From Podarcis tiliguerta (taxonomy: Eukaryota), in NCBI GenBank assembly GCA_965153285.1, contig OZ229119.1: a stretch of DNA of 64,000 nucleotides; one strand, given 5' to 3'. Of the stretch, positions 40,721 through 53,392 are shown in pieces. Positions within the stretch are counted from its first letter, which is position 1, and each line of letters starts with the position of its first letter. Position numbers and translations under genes: made by a program. The notes under the pieces are model-generated. The model was given only the letters and a program-made list of their open reading frames with translations, searched no databases and was not told the origin of the DNA.

Positions 40721-41140
40721 CTTAATTTACACTTCCCAAATAATATGCTAAGCAAAACACAGCTCTCCTTCAAAAGCCTCACTTCTCCAAATTTCACAGA
40801 GCAAAAGAGTGCATACATAAATGCATATATTAAGGGAAAGTGTCAATAAAAATGCTCATATTAGAGGGGGAAAACAACAAGAATGCATTATGTTATGGAA
40901 AGTAGTTTGCAAAGAATGTGCACATTAAGAAAAATGCCAAAATGCTGTCCAAATTTCCATGAGGACTTTTAAACCAACCAACCAACCAACCAACCAACCA
41001 ACCTGTAAACTGATACAGAAAAGTGGCAAAGTAAACGTAAGAGTGGGTAAAAAGGAGAAAATGAAAGAAATCAAAATAGATAGATTTGTGCATCCATGTT
41101 GGCATCACACAAGCTGGTTCTGAAATTGAATAAACCCTAC

Positions 41141-42360
41141 TGTCAGACTAACCTGATCTCGTTTTTTGACAGAATTACAAGCCTGGAAGATGAAGGGAAC
41201 ACAGTGGATGTAGCCTACCTTGATTTCAGCAAGGCATTTGACAAGGTGTCCCATGATATTCTTGTAAAGAAGCTGGTAAAATGTGGTCTTGACTATGCTA
41301 CCACCCAGTGGATTTGTAACTGGCTGACTGACCAAACCCAAAGGGTGCTCATCAATGGTTCCTCTTCATCCTGGAGAAGAGTGACTAGTGGGGTGCCACA
41401 GGGTTCTGTCTTGGGCCCGGTCTTATTCAACATCTTTATCAACGACTTGGATGATGGACTCAAGGGCATCCTGATCAAATTTGCAGATGACACCAAACTG
41501 GGAGGGGTGGCTAACACCCCAGAGGACAGGATCACACTTCAAAACGACCTTGACAGATTAGAGAACTGGGCAAAAACAAACAAGATGAATTTTAACAGGG
41601 AGAAATGTAAAGTATTGCACTTGGGCAAAAAAAATGAGAGGCACAAATACAAGATGGGTGACACCTGGCTTGAGAGCAGTACATGTGAAAAGGATCTAGG
41701 AGTCCTGGTTGACCACAAACTTGACATGAGCCAACAGTGTGATGCGGCAGCTAAAAAAGCCAATGCAATTCTGGGCTGCATCAATAGAAGTATAGCATCT
41801 AGATCAAGGGAAGTAATAGTGCCACTGTATTCTGCTCTGGTCAGACCTCACCTGGAGTACTGTGTCCAGTTCTGGGCACCACAGTTCAAGAAGGACACTG
41901 ACAAACTGGAACGTGTCCAGAGGAGGGCAACCAAAATGGTCAAAGGCCTGGAAACGATGCCTTATGAGGAACGGCTAAGGGAGCTGGGCATGTTTAGCCT
42001 GGAGAAGAGGAGGTTAAGGAGTGGTATGATAGCCATGTTCAAATATATAAAAGGATGTCACATAGAGGAGGGAGAAAGGTTGTTTTCTGCTGCTCCAGAG
42101 AAGCGGACACGGAGCAATGGGTCCAAACTACAAGAAAGAAGATTCCACCTAAACATTAGGAAGAACTTCCTGACAGTAAGAGCTGTTCGACAGTGGAATT
42201 TGCTGCCAAGGAGTGTGGTGGAGTCTCCTTCTTTGGAGGTCTTTAAGCAGAGGCTTGACAACCATATGTCAGGAGTGTTCTGATGGTGTTTCCTGCTTGG
42301 CAGGGGGTTGGACTTGATGGCCCTTGTGGTCTCTTCCAACTCTATGATTCTATGATTCTA
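41141..42360 (+). mobile_element. 5'-truncated young CR1 LINE (RT portion, open to its natural stop)
   Basis: Near-identical to 23332-24560; ORF open to 42283; TTCTATGA tail; CTACTGT repeated at both junctions (TSD/microhomology). Confidence 0.95.
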
Positions 42361-42694
42361 CTGTACTCACTTCTGGGTAAGCATTGTTTTGGGGGGTGTA
42401 ATTATTTATTTTAAGAAAATATTTTTAAATGTATTGTTTCAGCATTCTTGCCTTTGCTGCAGGGTTGAAATGCTGGTTGCTGTATAAGTGTAATAAATAA
42501 ATATTAAACATGAATAGGGTTTTTCTTTAAGCCCCATTTTGACAGGCCCAGGGCTTCGTTCATCTGTGTTTGTCCTTTGCTATCTGTAGGTACAAGTTCA
42601 TATGAATGAATGATCACCCATGCAGTAACATATACAAATATAGGGGCCTGGGAGACATTCTGGTGGCATTTGTGTGCAACTATTCTCTATTTTT

Positions 42695-42955
42695 GGGACG
42701 CGGGTGGCGCTGTGTGTTAAACCACAGAGCCTAGGACTTGCCGATCAGAAGTTCCCTGCTCCTGCCCAGCTAGCAGTTCGAAAGCACGTCAAAGTGCAAG
42801 CAGATAAATAGGTACCACTCCGGCGGCATTTCCGTGCACTGCTCTGGTTCGCCAGAAGCGGCTTAGTCATGCCGGCTCCCTCAGCCAATAAAGCGAGATG
42901 AGCACCACAACCCCAGAGTCGGTCATGTCTGGACCTAATGGTCAGGGGTCCCTTT
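42695..42955 (+). mobile_element. Sauria SINE (Squam1) with internal deletions
   Basis: GGGACGCGGGTGGCGCTG head; 11-bp TSD TATTCTCTATT. Confidence 0.9.
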
Positions 42956-44842
42956 TATTCTCTATTGTGCACATGCATGTTGGCTAAAAAATATCCCGTA
43001 TTTCCATAAATCAGCAATAAAGTAGAAACTTGAAGCTGCTGAATATGTAACAGGAATTATTAGGGAAGATTTCTTGTGTTTGTGGATCAAAACACTGCTC
43101 TGGACTAATTTTCCAGTACATTTTCAAATTAAAGTTAATGAAACATGCATTTTTCATATCGTTAGGCAGGCAAAGTAGTTCAGCTACATGCCCGGTAGGG
43201 GGGGGAGGGGAGATGCTTTGCTTTTCCTAATTGCGAGCCACACACTTCTTCTGCAACAAGAAGCTGAGAGATGAAGAGTATTTCAGACAGCTCATTCCTC
43301 TGAGTTCCCGTTCTTCATCTTGCACTCTACTTTTGTGCAACTTTCTGTGCTCCAATTCCCATGTGCTCTGTGTTGTTTACCCTTTTCTCTCTGCTTTTCA
43401 TCTCTCTGCAGTGCAGCTCAGAGGGAATTAGTGTCACTAATATGGCAGCGGGGAGTTCTCCCTGCAAGATGTTGTTGACAAGATGCTTAGAACTCTTGGA
43501 CTTCAAAGTGCACACACTTCCCTCCGCCCTCCTCAAAGGCATGTTTAAGATAGACCAGGGGATAAAAATATTTCTTTACCCCTGTGAGCAATTTCACAAT
43601 TATGTAAGGCAATCAAGAGGCAGCTCTTAATTAAAGGCATACCGCTAAGCAAGATTAATGTTCATATATTGATCCTTTTTTTAAAAAAAAAATCTCTTGA
43701 AGAAATCTTTAGAGGGACTTCTTTTGTTATTGTCATAACCATCCGCCCCCTTGATTATCTCTCTGTGCCGTGGTTCCTTGATTAAAGTTTATGGTTCGAT
43801 CTTGTCTCTATCCAGCTTTCTGCTCTTTAATCAGAATGCTGCCTGGCTGCTTACTTTGATTTTACAGAAAATTCCAGGTGAGCTTTCATCAGCTGTTTGA
43901 ACCCAGACAGTTCCTTTTAAAAATATTTAAATAGTTTTTTTTCTTTATTGTCCTGGCTTGCGTTGAAATTGCATGCCTTTTTAAGTGCTGCGAAGAGGCA
44001 AACAATAAAGCTTAAAATTACAGGGCCACAGTTGCCATTATGGTGCGAAATTGGAGGGGCAGGATAATTTAAAATTATTCAATGGACTGGTTTGAAACTG
44101 GGCAATATAGGAGAAGTAAACCTAAGCATGGCCCACACCAGATTTGGCATAAAAAACAATTATTTTAAATTAATTAAATGTGTGTTAAGTAACTCAGAGC
44201 GGTTGACATGTGATATGTGCTTTTCTGCCATAACTTTTGTGGGAGAGGTTTGGGGAAAAATATTTATCCATTTGTATTATACGTTATGTTTGTTAGTTTA
44301 AAGGGGGGGGAATAAGAATAGTGTCTAGTATGTATCACTTCTTATGAGCTGTTCAACATATTTGTACTGTAGGCGTTTTTGTGACCACGATTTCTCCCAC
44401 CAAAGGCTCTGAACCTGTTACACCTGTCCCCATCGTATACCCTTCCCTCCCCCCTGCCAATGCCTTCTCATTTTACTCCCATGTAGAAATGTGGCTGTGT
44501 TGTGTTGTGTGAATGCACCCATGTGTGCACAACTGGGTATATAAGGTGGGAGGGCAATGTCATCCTATTTGCTTGCATCATTTAGTCGCGATGAAGCAAC
44601 AGTGGTGAGAGATGAATGCACTGGTTTGGAGAATGCTGCCTAGGCTACTCCCAGCTATTGCTGGGTAGGTGAATAAGCCTCCTAGATCTTTCTTCAGGCA
44701 GGTAGGCAAACTGACAGGAGGCAGTCCAGCAGCACTGGGAATCTCTCATAGACAAGCTCAAGGAAACTGATAGTCTGCCTGTTCTTTGGGAATGAAGGCA
44801 TAGGTAGGCTAAAGGGGGCTCTTAGACTGGATTCCTCTTACT

Positions 44843-45564
44843 CATGGGTAGGCAAACTAAGGCAGCATCTGGCCCAATCACCTTCTAAATCCGGACGGCG
44901 GACAGTCCAGGAATCAGCATGTTTTTACATGAGTAGAATGTGTCCTTTTATTTAAAATGCATCTCTGGGTTATTTGTGGGGCATATATATTTGCCAACAA
45001 AGGTCCATATAGTTAAAGCTATGGTTTTTCCAGTAGTGATGTATGGAAGTGAGAGCTGGACCATAAAGAAGGCTGATCACCAAAGAATTGATGCTTTTGA
45101 ATTATGGTGCTGGAGGAGACTCTTGAGAGTCCCATGGACTGCAAGAAGATCAAACCTCTCCATTCTGAAGGAAATCAGCCCTGAGTGCTCACTGGAAGGA
45201 CAGATCCTGAAGCTGAGGCTCCAATACTTTGGCCACCTCATGAGAAGAGAAGACTCCCTGGAAAAGACCCTGACGTTGGGAAAGATTGAGGGTGCAAGGA
45301 GAAGGGGACGACAGAGGACGAGATGGTTGGACAGTGTTCTCGAAGCTACCAACATGAGTCTGACCAAACTGCATGAGGCAGTGGAAGACAGGAGTACCTG
45401 GCATGCTCTGGTCCATGGGGTTACAAAGAGTCAGACATAACTAAACAACTAAACAACAACAAGGAATTCGTTCATTTCTTTTTTCCCCAAAATATAGTCC
45501 GGCCCCCCACAAGGTCTGAGAGACAGTGGACCCGCCCCCTGCTGAAAAAGTTTGCTGACCTCTG
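44843..45564. mobile_element. hAT MITE (same family as 2228-2561, opposite orientation) interrupted by BovB
   Basis: TIRs CATGGGTAGGCAAAC / GTTTGCTGACCTCTG; perfect 8-bp TSD CTCTTACT. Confidence 0.9.
44991..45462 (+). mobile_element. BovB (RTE clade) LINE 3' fragment
   Basis: KAMVFPVVMYGSESWTIKKA...IDAFELWCWRRLLRVPWTARRSN followed by a (CAA)n tail. Confidence 0.95.
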
Positions 45565-48500
45565 CTCTTACTGCTTGTATAGCCTTCCAGTTTACATCAG
45601 GATCTCAGAGCAATTAAAGAACCATCAGCCTGTGTCCCTGAGGCAATTACCTTTGTCCCTGATAGGTCAACCTGAAAATAGTTGCTTTTGGGTGCAAAAA
45701 AGAAAAAGAAAAAGTGGCAAGAAGTTTTCCTTTTTGTAAAAAGGATAAAATGAGCCTGAAAGGAAAATGTCCATGAGGGAAAAACTACTCTCCCTCTTTG
45801 TTATATTATAATGCAAATTCAAAGACTTGCAATACCCCACATTTCACAAATAAGTAAAACTCTCTCCATTTTTTAAACCCCCTTCGGGAACAAAAGATGA
45901 TGCAGACTATACTAAAAACAATTGCCACAATGTCAGATGGAAAGTGCAATGAGCAAAGGAAAGGAAAGGAAAGGAAATGTTGGAGAAATGCTTAGCATTA
46001 ATCCTCAGGAGCATCTTCTGAATATATTATTAAGTAATAATTCACCTCCAACTGAAAGTAGAAGTGTGTACAACAACCAAGTTCTCCAGGAGTCTTACTG
46101 ATATTGAAAAATGTAACTTTTATCCTTTTTTGGTGACGATATGCATTATACATAAAAGCAAGAACCATGCATAATGGAAATTAATGTCATCCCTATATGT
46201 CCCATATGTATCCCTTTCTATTAATCTCTGGAAAACAAGTAACACATCAGGTGAGAGTCTTTGAAGGTAGCTTTTGATCATTCTGAAGTGTCACAGCGTT
46301 CCTTCTGCAAGCAGGGTGGGTAACACATATCTATTAGAGGCACACAGGGAGAGCTTTTCGAGAATCCTGTTTTGTTTACTAGTTCAAAGAATGGGGTACA
46401 AGGGATTCCTGCAGAAAACTGTCTAATAAATGGACCAACAACAGCATTTCCTCCAACATCTCAGGAGGGTAAATTGGGACACACATACCCACACCTGCAC
46501 CACTTCTCTGTCTGGCCACCCATTCACCACGCACTTCTACCACATCCTCTGATGTACTTCTGGAAGTGCCAGAATCACAGCACCAGCTTCTGAAAGTACA
46601 GAGGAGGAAGAGGAAGGAGCCAAATCAGGACATCCAAGATTGAGAAAGAAGCCAGGTCGGCATCTGATAATCTGGTATGCCTCGCTCAAAACGGGACAGT
46701 TGGGTGGTATTAAACAGTAGAATGGGATATCAGCATTTTTAGGCTGCTGTTTTGGGCCTGGCTCTGCCTCACCCCAATACAGTATAACATATATTAAAAT
46801 CACCGAACAAATATTCAAACAGCTCCGAAAATACTGACTTTCAAAACATAGCCAGAAACGTTTTGACAGGTTAGTATAAAATAACTTTAATCAGATTATT
46901 ATTATTTTTTAAAGCAGCAATTTAACAACAATTTTAAGAAGGGGTAATTCAGAACAGATGAATTTTAAGACATGTTTAAAAGCTTCCATAACAAAGGCAG
47001 GAACCACTGAGAAATGAGACTTAATAATATAACGGGGCGGGTAACCTGTGGTCCACCAGATGTTGATGGACCTCAGCTCCAGCAGTCCCGACAATTGGCC
47101 ATGCTGGCTAGGGTTGAGAGAAACAGGAGAACAACATCTGGAGGGTCACAAGTTCCTGATACCTGGAATACAGAAAATTCAACAGTCAGTACAGTTAACC
47201 TTTTTGAGATTGTCTTTTGTGAAGCCATTTCATCTCACAATCTATAGTCTTTCACCTTCTTGGCCTCTGGAACCAGGCATCAATCTTATGGCACTTGTAA
47301 TCTCAAATGTATAGCTTTGTAGATAATGGTTTATGGAGTCTGAGTAAAAGCTGCAGAATTTATCCTAATGCTATAGTCATTGCAAAGGTTAAGAACAATA
47401 TTGTGTACGACATGATATCTCACAATATGGCCATTCTCTGAAAGAGAAGTCAGGAGACCTAAATTCTATAGCAGTGTCTTTCACATCATTTGATCCTGCT
47501 TTTGTTGTTCTCCATGAGTAAAAAATGTTCACTGGAAATTGCATTACATTATCGTAACAAGTTTCTCCAGCTTCTGTTCAGGGCTTTAGCCATTGTGGAA
47601 CTAGGTGTCACGGAGCAGTAATTTGTCATATTAACTGCATCCTACCATCCAGACTCCATAAATGTCCACATTGCCTGTAGGTGGTATATTGTAGTAGAGA
47701 TTTGAGATGATTTGGATGAATTTGTATTTCCGGACCTCTATTCAGGTTGATCAGATGGATTCTCATGGGTTGTGTGTATTGGCAATGAGATCTCCAGAAC
47801 ATGCAAATGCTTTTTTTTATTTCTCTCCTGCCCCTAACCCAATTAGGTCATCCCAGGCATAGCCTGTTTGGACCTCCAAAGAGCCCTGATGGAGTGAACT
47901 CCATGTCTCAGGCATGAAAACCATCAGCAGACACATTAGCACCAAACAGCGTGGCTTAAAGTAGGAGCAACAGATATACACACCCAACAATCTTTTTTGC
48001 AAACAGCATGCCTGAACATTCATCACCTGAATTAAATCTGGATAACTTAAATTGCCAGGAAAAAAAGAAAAGAAAAGGCTGTCTTCTATTTTTTTAAAAA
48101 GAATAAAAATCATAAGTTCTATAAGGACACAATCCTAAGGTCTTGTTTTTCAAACCAACACCCCAAAAGCCACAGGATATTGTGGATCTCCCTCTGGGCA
48201 AACAGGGAGGTCAGTGGCGGAGCAGCTCTTGGTGCTCGGACAGTGGAGAAAGCAAAAAAGAAGCATTATGGGGTTGCATTGTGGTGGATCGGTGAAATGT
48301 TTGGCTCTGCTAAATCCAAAGCCCTCCTATTCCCCCAATGTGGCCCCATAAAAGTATGCCAGCCTAGGAGTGGAGCACTGAGTTTTCCTCCTCTTGGGAC
48401 CAATATGAGGCAAAGTCTTGAAAAGAAGATACTAGCTGACAAGTCTGGCAGGGCTTTGGACATGGGAGTTGTTCAACTGTGATTCTCCCTCTCCTGCCCT

Positions 48501-49642
48501 CTTTGAATGGCTCTGCCTACAACACACTTGCTTGGACTCAGCCTCATAAAAAGCAAAGAGATTTACTTCCAAATATACATGGATAGCATTGCACTGTAAA
48601 TGAAACCATACTGCTTTAGCGGCAGCGTGGAGGACAGCAAAATGGGATATATTTTATATACAGTACTTCATATAACTTCTCTAAAATGAAAAAAATATAT
48701 CTATTTAAATGCACAGAAGTCAAAATTTTAAAAGAAACAAGTCTCATAAGTTTCTGCAATCACCTTTTTTTAAAAAAGCATTGAGTAGCTAGACTTTTCA
48801 GAATGCAACACAAACTCTGTCTAGCCTTGAGTATTCAGAAGCTGCCACTGTTGAGTAATGAGGTCATTTCTAAGGATTTAAATCATAATTTCAATAGCCA
48901 TTAGACATCAAAAAATTGCATGCATTCAGGGAAATAGTTATTCTGTATTAACATCAGGTCTAAAGTGGATGCACATCAAAATAAAAAGTGATAGTGCCAT
49001 TAATACAGAATAATGTAGACATGTTTCCCCCCTCCCCCCAGAGTTGATGTCAAAAATCTGAAACCGGCTTATAGAAAGGAAACAGGCTTCCAACAGAGGG
49101 CCCTATCAATGGGTGTGTATGCCGTCTTAAAGGGCAGTTTTAAGGAGTTATTGCAACAGCAAAATTACAAGAAGGTGGTGTTGCACTGACTATATCAGGT
49201 GTAGCCTAGGAAACCTCTTTTAGCCTACAGGCACGTTTCATCTTAGTATCTTACACCTTATTGTATGAATTATTTCCATTCATCCATTCTGGCTGGGGCT
49301 GAGGAGAGTTGCAGTTCAATGTACCAACCTGGAAGGGAACAGGTTGGGGGAAGCTGTTTTAGGGTAAGAAACCCCCAAACAGAATTATTACATCACCAAA
49401 CCCATTTCACATTGTGGTACCTGCTCTTGCCCACCCACTCTCCCCTAAGGTGTTAGCTCCCCATTCGAGTGGTGCATTTATTTACAGTTATGGGTTTCAT
49501 GTACAGCAAATGCCAAATCTGTGTATTTGCATTTCAACACTAGCTGTCTCTGAAGTCAGTGATAATGCTGCAGTCGAAATTTGACTTGCAGAGCCTTGCG
49601 GTGTTGCCTGCTGCTGTGTTTGCAGCAAAATAGAACAAAATA

Positions 49643-49869
49643 CAGTGGTACCTCGGGTTAGAGACGCTTCAGGTTACAGATGCTTTAGGTTATAGACTCC
49701 ACTAACCCAGAAATAGTACCTCGGGTTAAGAACTTTGCTTCAGGATGAGAACAGAAATCATGCTCTGGCGGCAGTGGGAGGACCCATTAGCTAAAGTCAG
49801 GTTAAGAACAGTTTCAGGTTAAGAACGGACCTCCAGAAGGAATAAAGTTCTTAACTCGAGGTACCACTG
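49643..49869. mobile_element. Tigger-like MITE
   Basis: TIRs CAGTGGTACCTCGGGTTA / TAACTCGAGGTACCACTG with TA TSD. Confidence 0.9.
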
Positions 49870-50059
49870 TAGCTGCATGGCATCTCCTTCCCTGAACTAC
49901 CACTAGATGAAAGCATGCCCCAGTGCAGCAAAAGGGGAGACACCCCAGGACCCTTGTGAGATTTAAACAATGGCATACAGCTTTCTGGCTGGAATTAGCA
50001 CACACTAGCATTGCCGCACAAGGTAAAGTGCCTTCTGTCTGCCACACCAACTATTTCAG

Positions 50060-50205
50060 CACTGCTGTCGGAGCACGATTTCTGTTCTCATCCTGAAGCA
50101 AAATTCTTAACTCGAGGTACTATTTCTGGGTTAGCGGAGTCTGTAACCTAAAGCATCTGTAACCTGAAGCGTCTCTAACCTGAGGTACCACTGTATTTTG
50201 TTCTA
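50060..50205 (-). repeat. Inverted duplicate of 49631-49776 (MITE left part plus 12 bp of flank)
   Basis: Reverse complement begins TAGAACAAAATACAGTGGTACCTC, identical to the flank plus TIR at 49631. Confidence 0.85.
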
Positions 50206-50714
50206 AGCATGAACACTTACGTCCAAACATTCCCCTTGTGTAGCAGAGTTGGAAAACATTGGCTTGATTACTCTAAATGCGAGTCAGTCAGTTCTGGCTG
50301 TACTGAGCTATATGGATCGCTGGCCTGACTCAGTGCCTTAATTAAGGTTACAAACTAGATAATATCGATACAGTATCTTACATCAGACCAGCTACTGTTA
50401 GTTTTTGGAGCATTCAGGTTTCCAAGAGATACAGAATTCTCTATCAGACAGGATGTGGTAAGCCTAGCTGGTTACACATTTCCAGTTACTCTGCATCTAG
50501 TGCTCTCTCACTGCTGGTGTGGGTAGCCATATATTCACAATGTTAAGTACGTTGTTCCTTGAGTAATACTGTGTTTTGATGCATTTCCCACACTCCAAAT
50601 CAACTTCGATCTAACTTGAAAATGTTAGCGATATGAAGACATCTGTGACCCCCCCTGTGCCCACAGACCACAACTTTGAAACACATACAAATCTCATTTA
50701 TTTTTGGTTTTCCC

Positions 50715-51916
50715 CCCTATAAGAGTTGCAAGCTTGGTGGATCAAGGGAATGCTGGGGATATAGTGCATCTTGATCCAGTAAGGTTTTGACAAAGACCCC
50801 CAAAATATTCTTGCAGAGAAACTTGTAAAATGTAGGCTGGGCAAGGTAACTGTTAGGTGGATTTGTAGCTGTTTGACTGGCCAAATCCTGGAAAAAAGTA
50901 AAAAGTGTGGTGTTGCAGGGTCCATGGTTGTTCAATGTCTTTATAAACAACTTGGCTGGAGGAATTGAGGGGATGCTCATCCAATTTGCAGATGACACCA
51001 AACTGGGCAGGTAGCTAATGTCGCAGAAGATAGAATGAGGATTCAAGATGATCTTAACAGATTGGAGAACAGGGCCCAAAGTACTAGAATGAAACTCAAT
51101 AGAGACAAAAGTAAAGTTCTACACTTAAGCAGGATGAACCAGCTGCACAAATGTAAGATAGGGGACACCTGGATTGCCAGTAGTGCACGTGAAAAGGATC
51201 ATGGGGTCTTAGTAGACCACAAGCCAACATTGTCAATGGTGAGTCAACAGTGTGATGCAGTAGCAAAAAAGCTAATGCTATTCTAGGCCGCATCAACAAA
51301 AGTGCCCCAATCAAGGGAAGTCACAGTACCTCTCTATTCTGCCTTGGCCAGACCACACCTGGGATATTGTATCCAGTTCTGGGCACCACAATTTAAAAAG
51401 GATATTGACAAGCTGCAATGTGTGCAAAGGAAGGCAACCACAATGATCAAGGGTCTGGAAACCAAGGGTCTGGAAACCAAGGGTCTGGAAACCAAGCCTT
51501 ATGAGGAACAGTTGAGGTAGCTGGTATGTTTAGACTGGAAAAGAGGAGACTGAGAGGAGATATGATAGCCATCTTCAAATATCTAAAGGGCTGTCACATG
51601 GAAGATGGAGCAAGCTTGTTTCTCCTGCTCCGAGTTACAAGAAAGGAGATTCCAACTAAAAACCAGGAAGAACTTTGACAGCAAAAGTGGAATGGACTCC
51701 CTCAGAAGATGGTGGACTCTCCTTCATTGGAGGTTTTAAGCATGGCCATCTATCATGGATGCTTTAGTTGAGATTCCTGCATTTATCATCTTCTTCATCA
51801 TAATCAATTAATTAAATTTCTATACCCAGAGATCCCAAGGCAGTTCACAACAGCACTGGGGGGGGGGGTTGACTAGATGACCCTCATGGTCCCTTCAAAG
51901 TTTGTGATTCTATGAT
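50715..51916 (+). mobile_element. Older degenerate CR1 LINE RT/3' fragment
   Basis: FADDTKL and [18 protein letters not shown] with stops and frameshifts; 15-mer CAAGGGTCTGGAAAC triplicated at 51448-51492; GATTCTATGA tail. Confidence 0.9.
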
Positions 51917-52123
51917 GTGTACAACAATATGCAAATGCAATTTGAAATGCAGGCTAGCAGAATTTATCTTGCTGAATTTTAAGCCAATAATGTCTACACA
52001 GTCTAATCTAAATTCTAAGTAAGGCACAAACTAGAGGAAAAATGAAAAATGTATGTATTTCACATCTCTCTGTATGTGGTTTAACAGCACCTACACAGGG
52101 TGGAGCAGAATTGGGACTATAGC

Positions 52124-52645
52124 ATTTACTTTCTTGGGCTCCATGATCACTGCAGATGGTGACAGCAGCCACGAAATTAAAAGACGCCTGCTCCTTGGGA
52201 GAAAGGCGATGGCAAACCTAGACAGCGTCTTAAAAAGCAGAGACATCACCTTGCCAACAAAGGTCCGTATAGTAAAAGCTATGGTTTTCCCAGTAGTGAT
52301 GTATGGAAGTGAGAGCTGGACCATAAAGAAGGCTGATCGCCAAAGAAGTGATGCTTTTGAATTATGGTGCTGGAGGAGACTCTTGAGAGTCCCATGGACT
52401 GCAAGAAGATCAAACCTATCCATTCTTAAGGAAATCAGCCCTGAGTGCTCACTGGAAGGACAGATCCTGAAGCTGAGGCTCCAATACTTTGGCCACCTCA
52501 GAGGATGAGATGGTTGGATAGTGTTCTCGAAGCTACCAGCATGAGTTTGACCAAACTGCGGGAGGCAGTGGAAGACAGGAGTGCCTGGCGTGCTCTGGTC
52601 CATGGGGTCACGAAGAGTCGGGCACGACTAAATGACTAAACAACA
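52124..52645 (+). mobile_element. BovB LINE 3' fragment with internal deletion near 52500
   Basis: FLGSMITADGDSSHEIKRRLLLGRKAM...; tail GACTAAACAACA. Confidence 0.95.
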
Positions 52646-53392
52646 TATACACAGAAGGGGTTTTACCTTTTCCTTCCATGACACAGTCCTAATAAAAAAC
52701 CATCCACTCTCCAAGCTTTTCTTCATCCCAGGAGAGAACTTGCCATTCGGCTAATGACAATGCGCATGTTTCAGGTTAAAGTTTGTTGTTGATAAATTAA
52801 AAGGGATTTTCCTAGCCTTGCCCCCTCCCCCCAACAGTACTGGAAGAAGCCTAGGAAAAGCCTCAGAGATTCATTGAGGAGCACTACTTCAAAACCGTGC
52901 ACCGCGACCAAGGGCAAAGGAGACGCGAGAACAAAGATGAGTTGAACTTTTGAAGATGTATATTCTGCCACAGTTTCAGCTTGGGCCATGCTGAGAGCTT
53001 TTCTAACATGCTAAATCAAAACAGCAGGGTAGCTGTGGCCTCGAGGAAAGAAATATTAAACATCTGCTAGCTTTTAGACTTGAAACATTGCCATAACCTT
53101 ATCGGAGGGGGATTTCTTGCCGTTACTCCTCTGTGGAACACGCTCTTGCTGCAACGTGGAGATAAAGGTGTCAGCACCTTGACACAAACTGCCACTTCCC
53201 AATAGTTATTGATCACACCTAGCGCTGAGTTCCATATTTAGCTACCATTACAGCTTTTCCAATATGGATTTATTGTTTTTAAGACTGGTGACAAGTCTTT
53301 TGTAAAGGAAGAGTCCTGAATGCATTGCCGTTCTCCAGGCAATATGAGATGTAGTAGATGCTATGGGAGCGCACCAGCCCCAAAGTTCCTTT

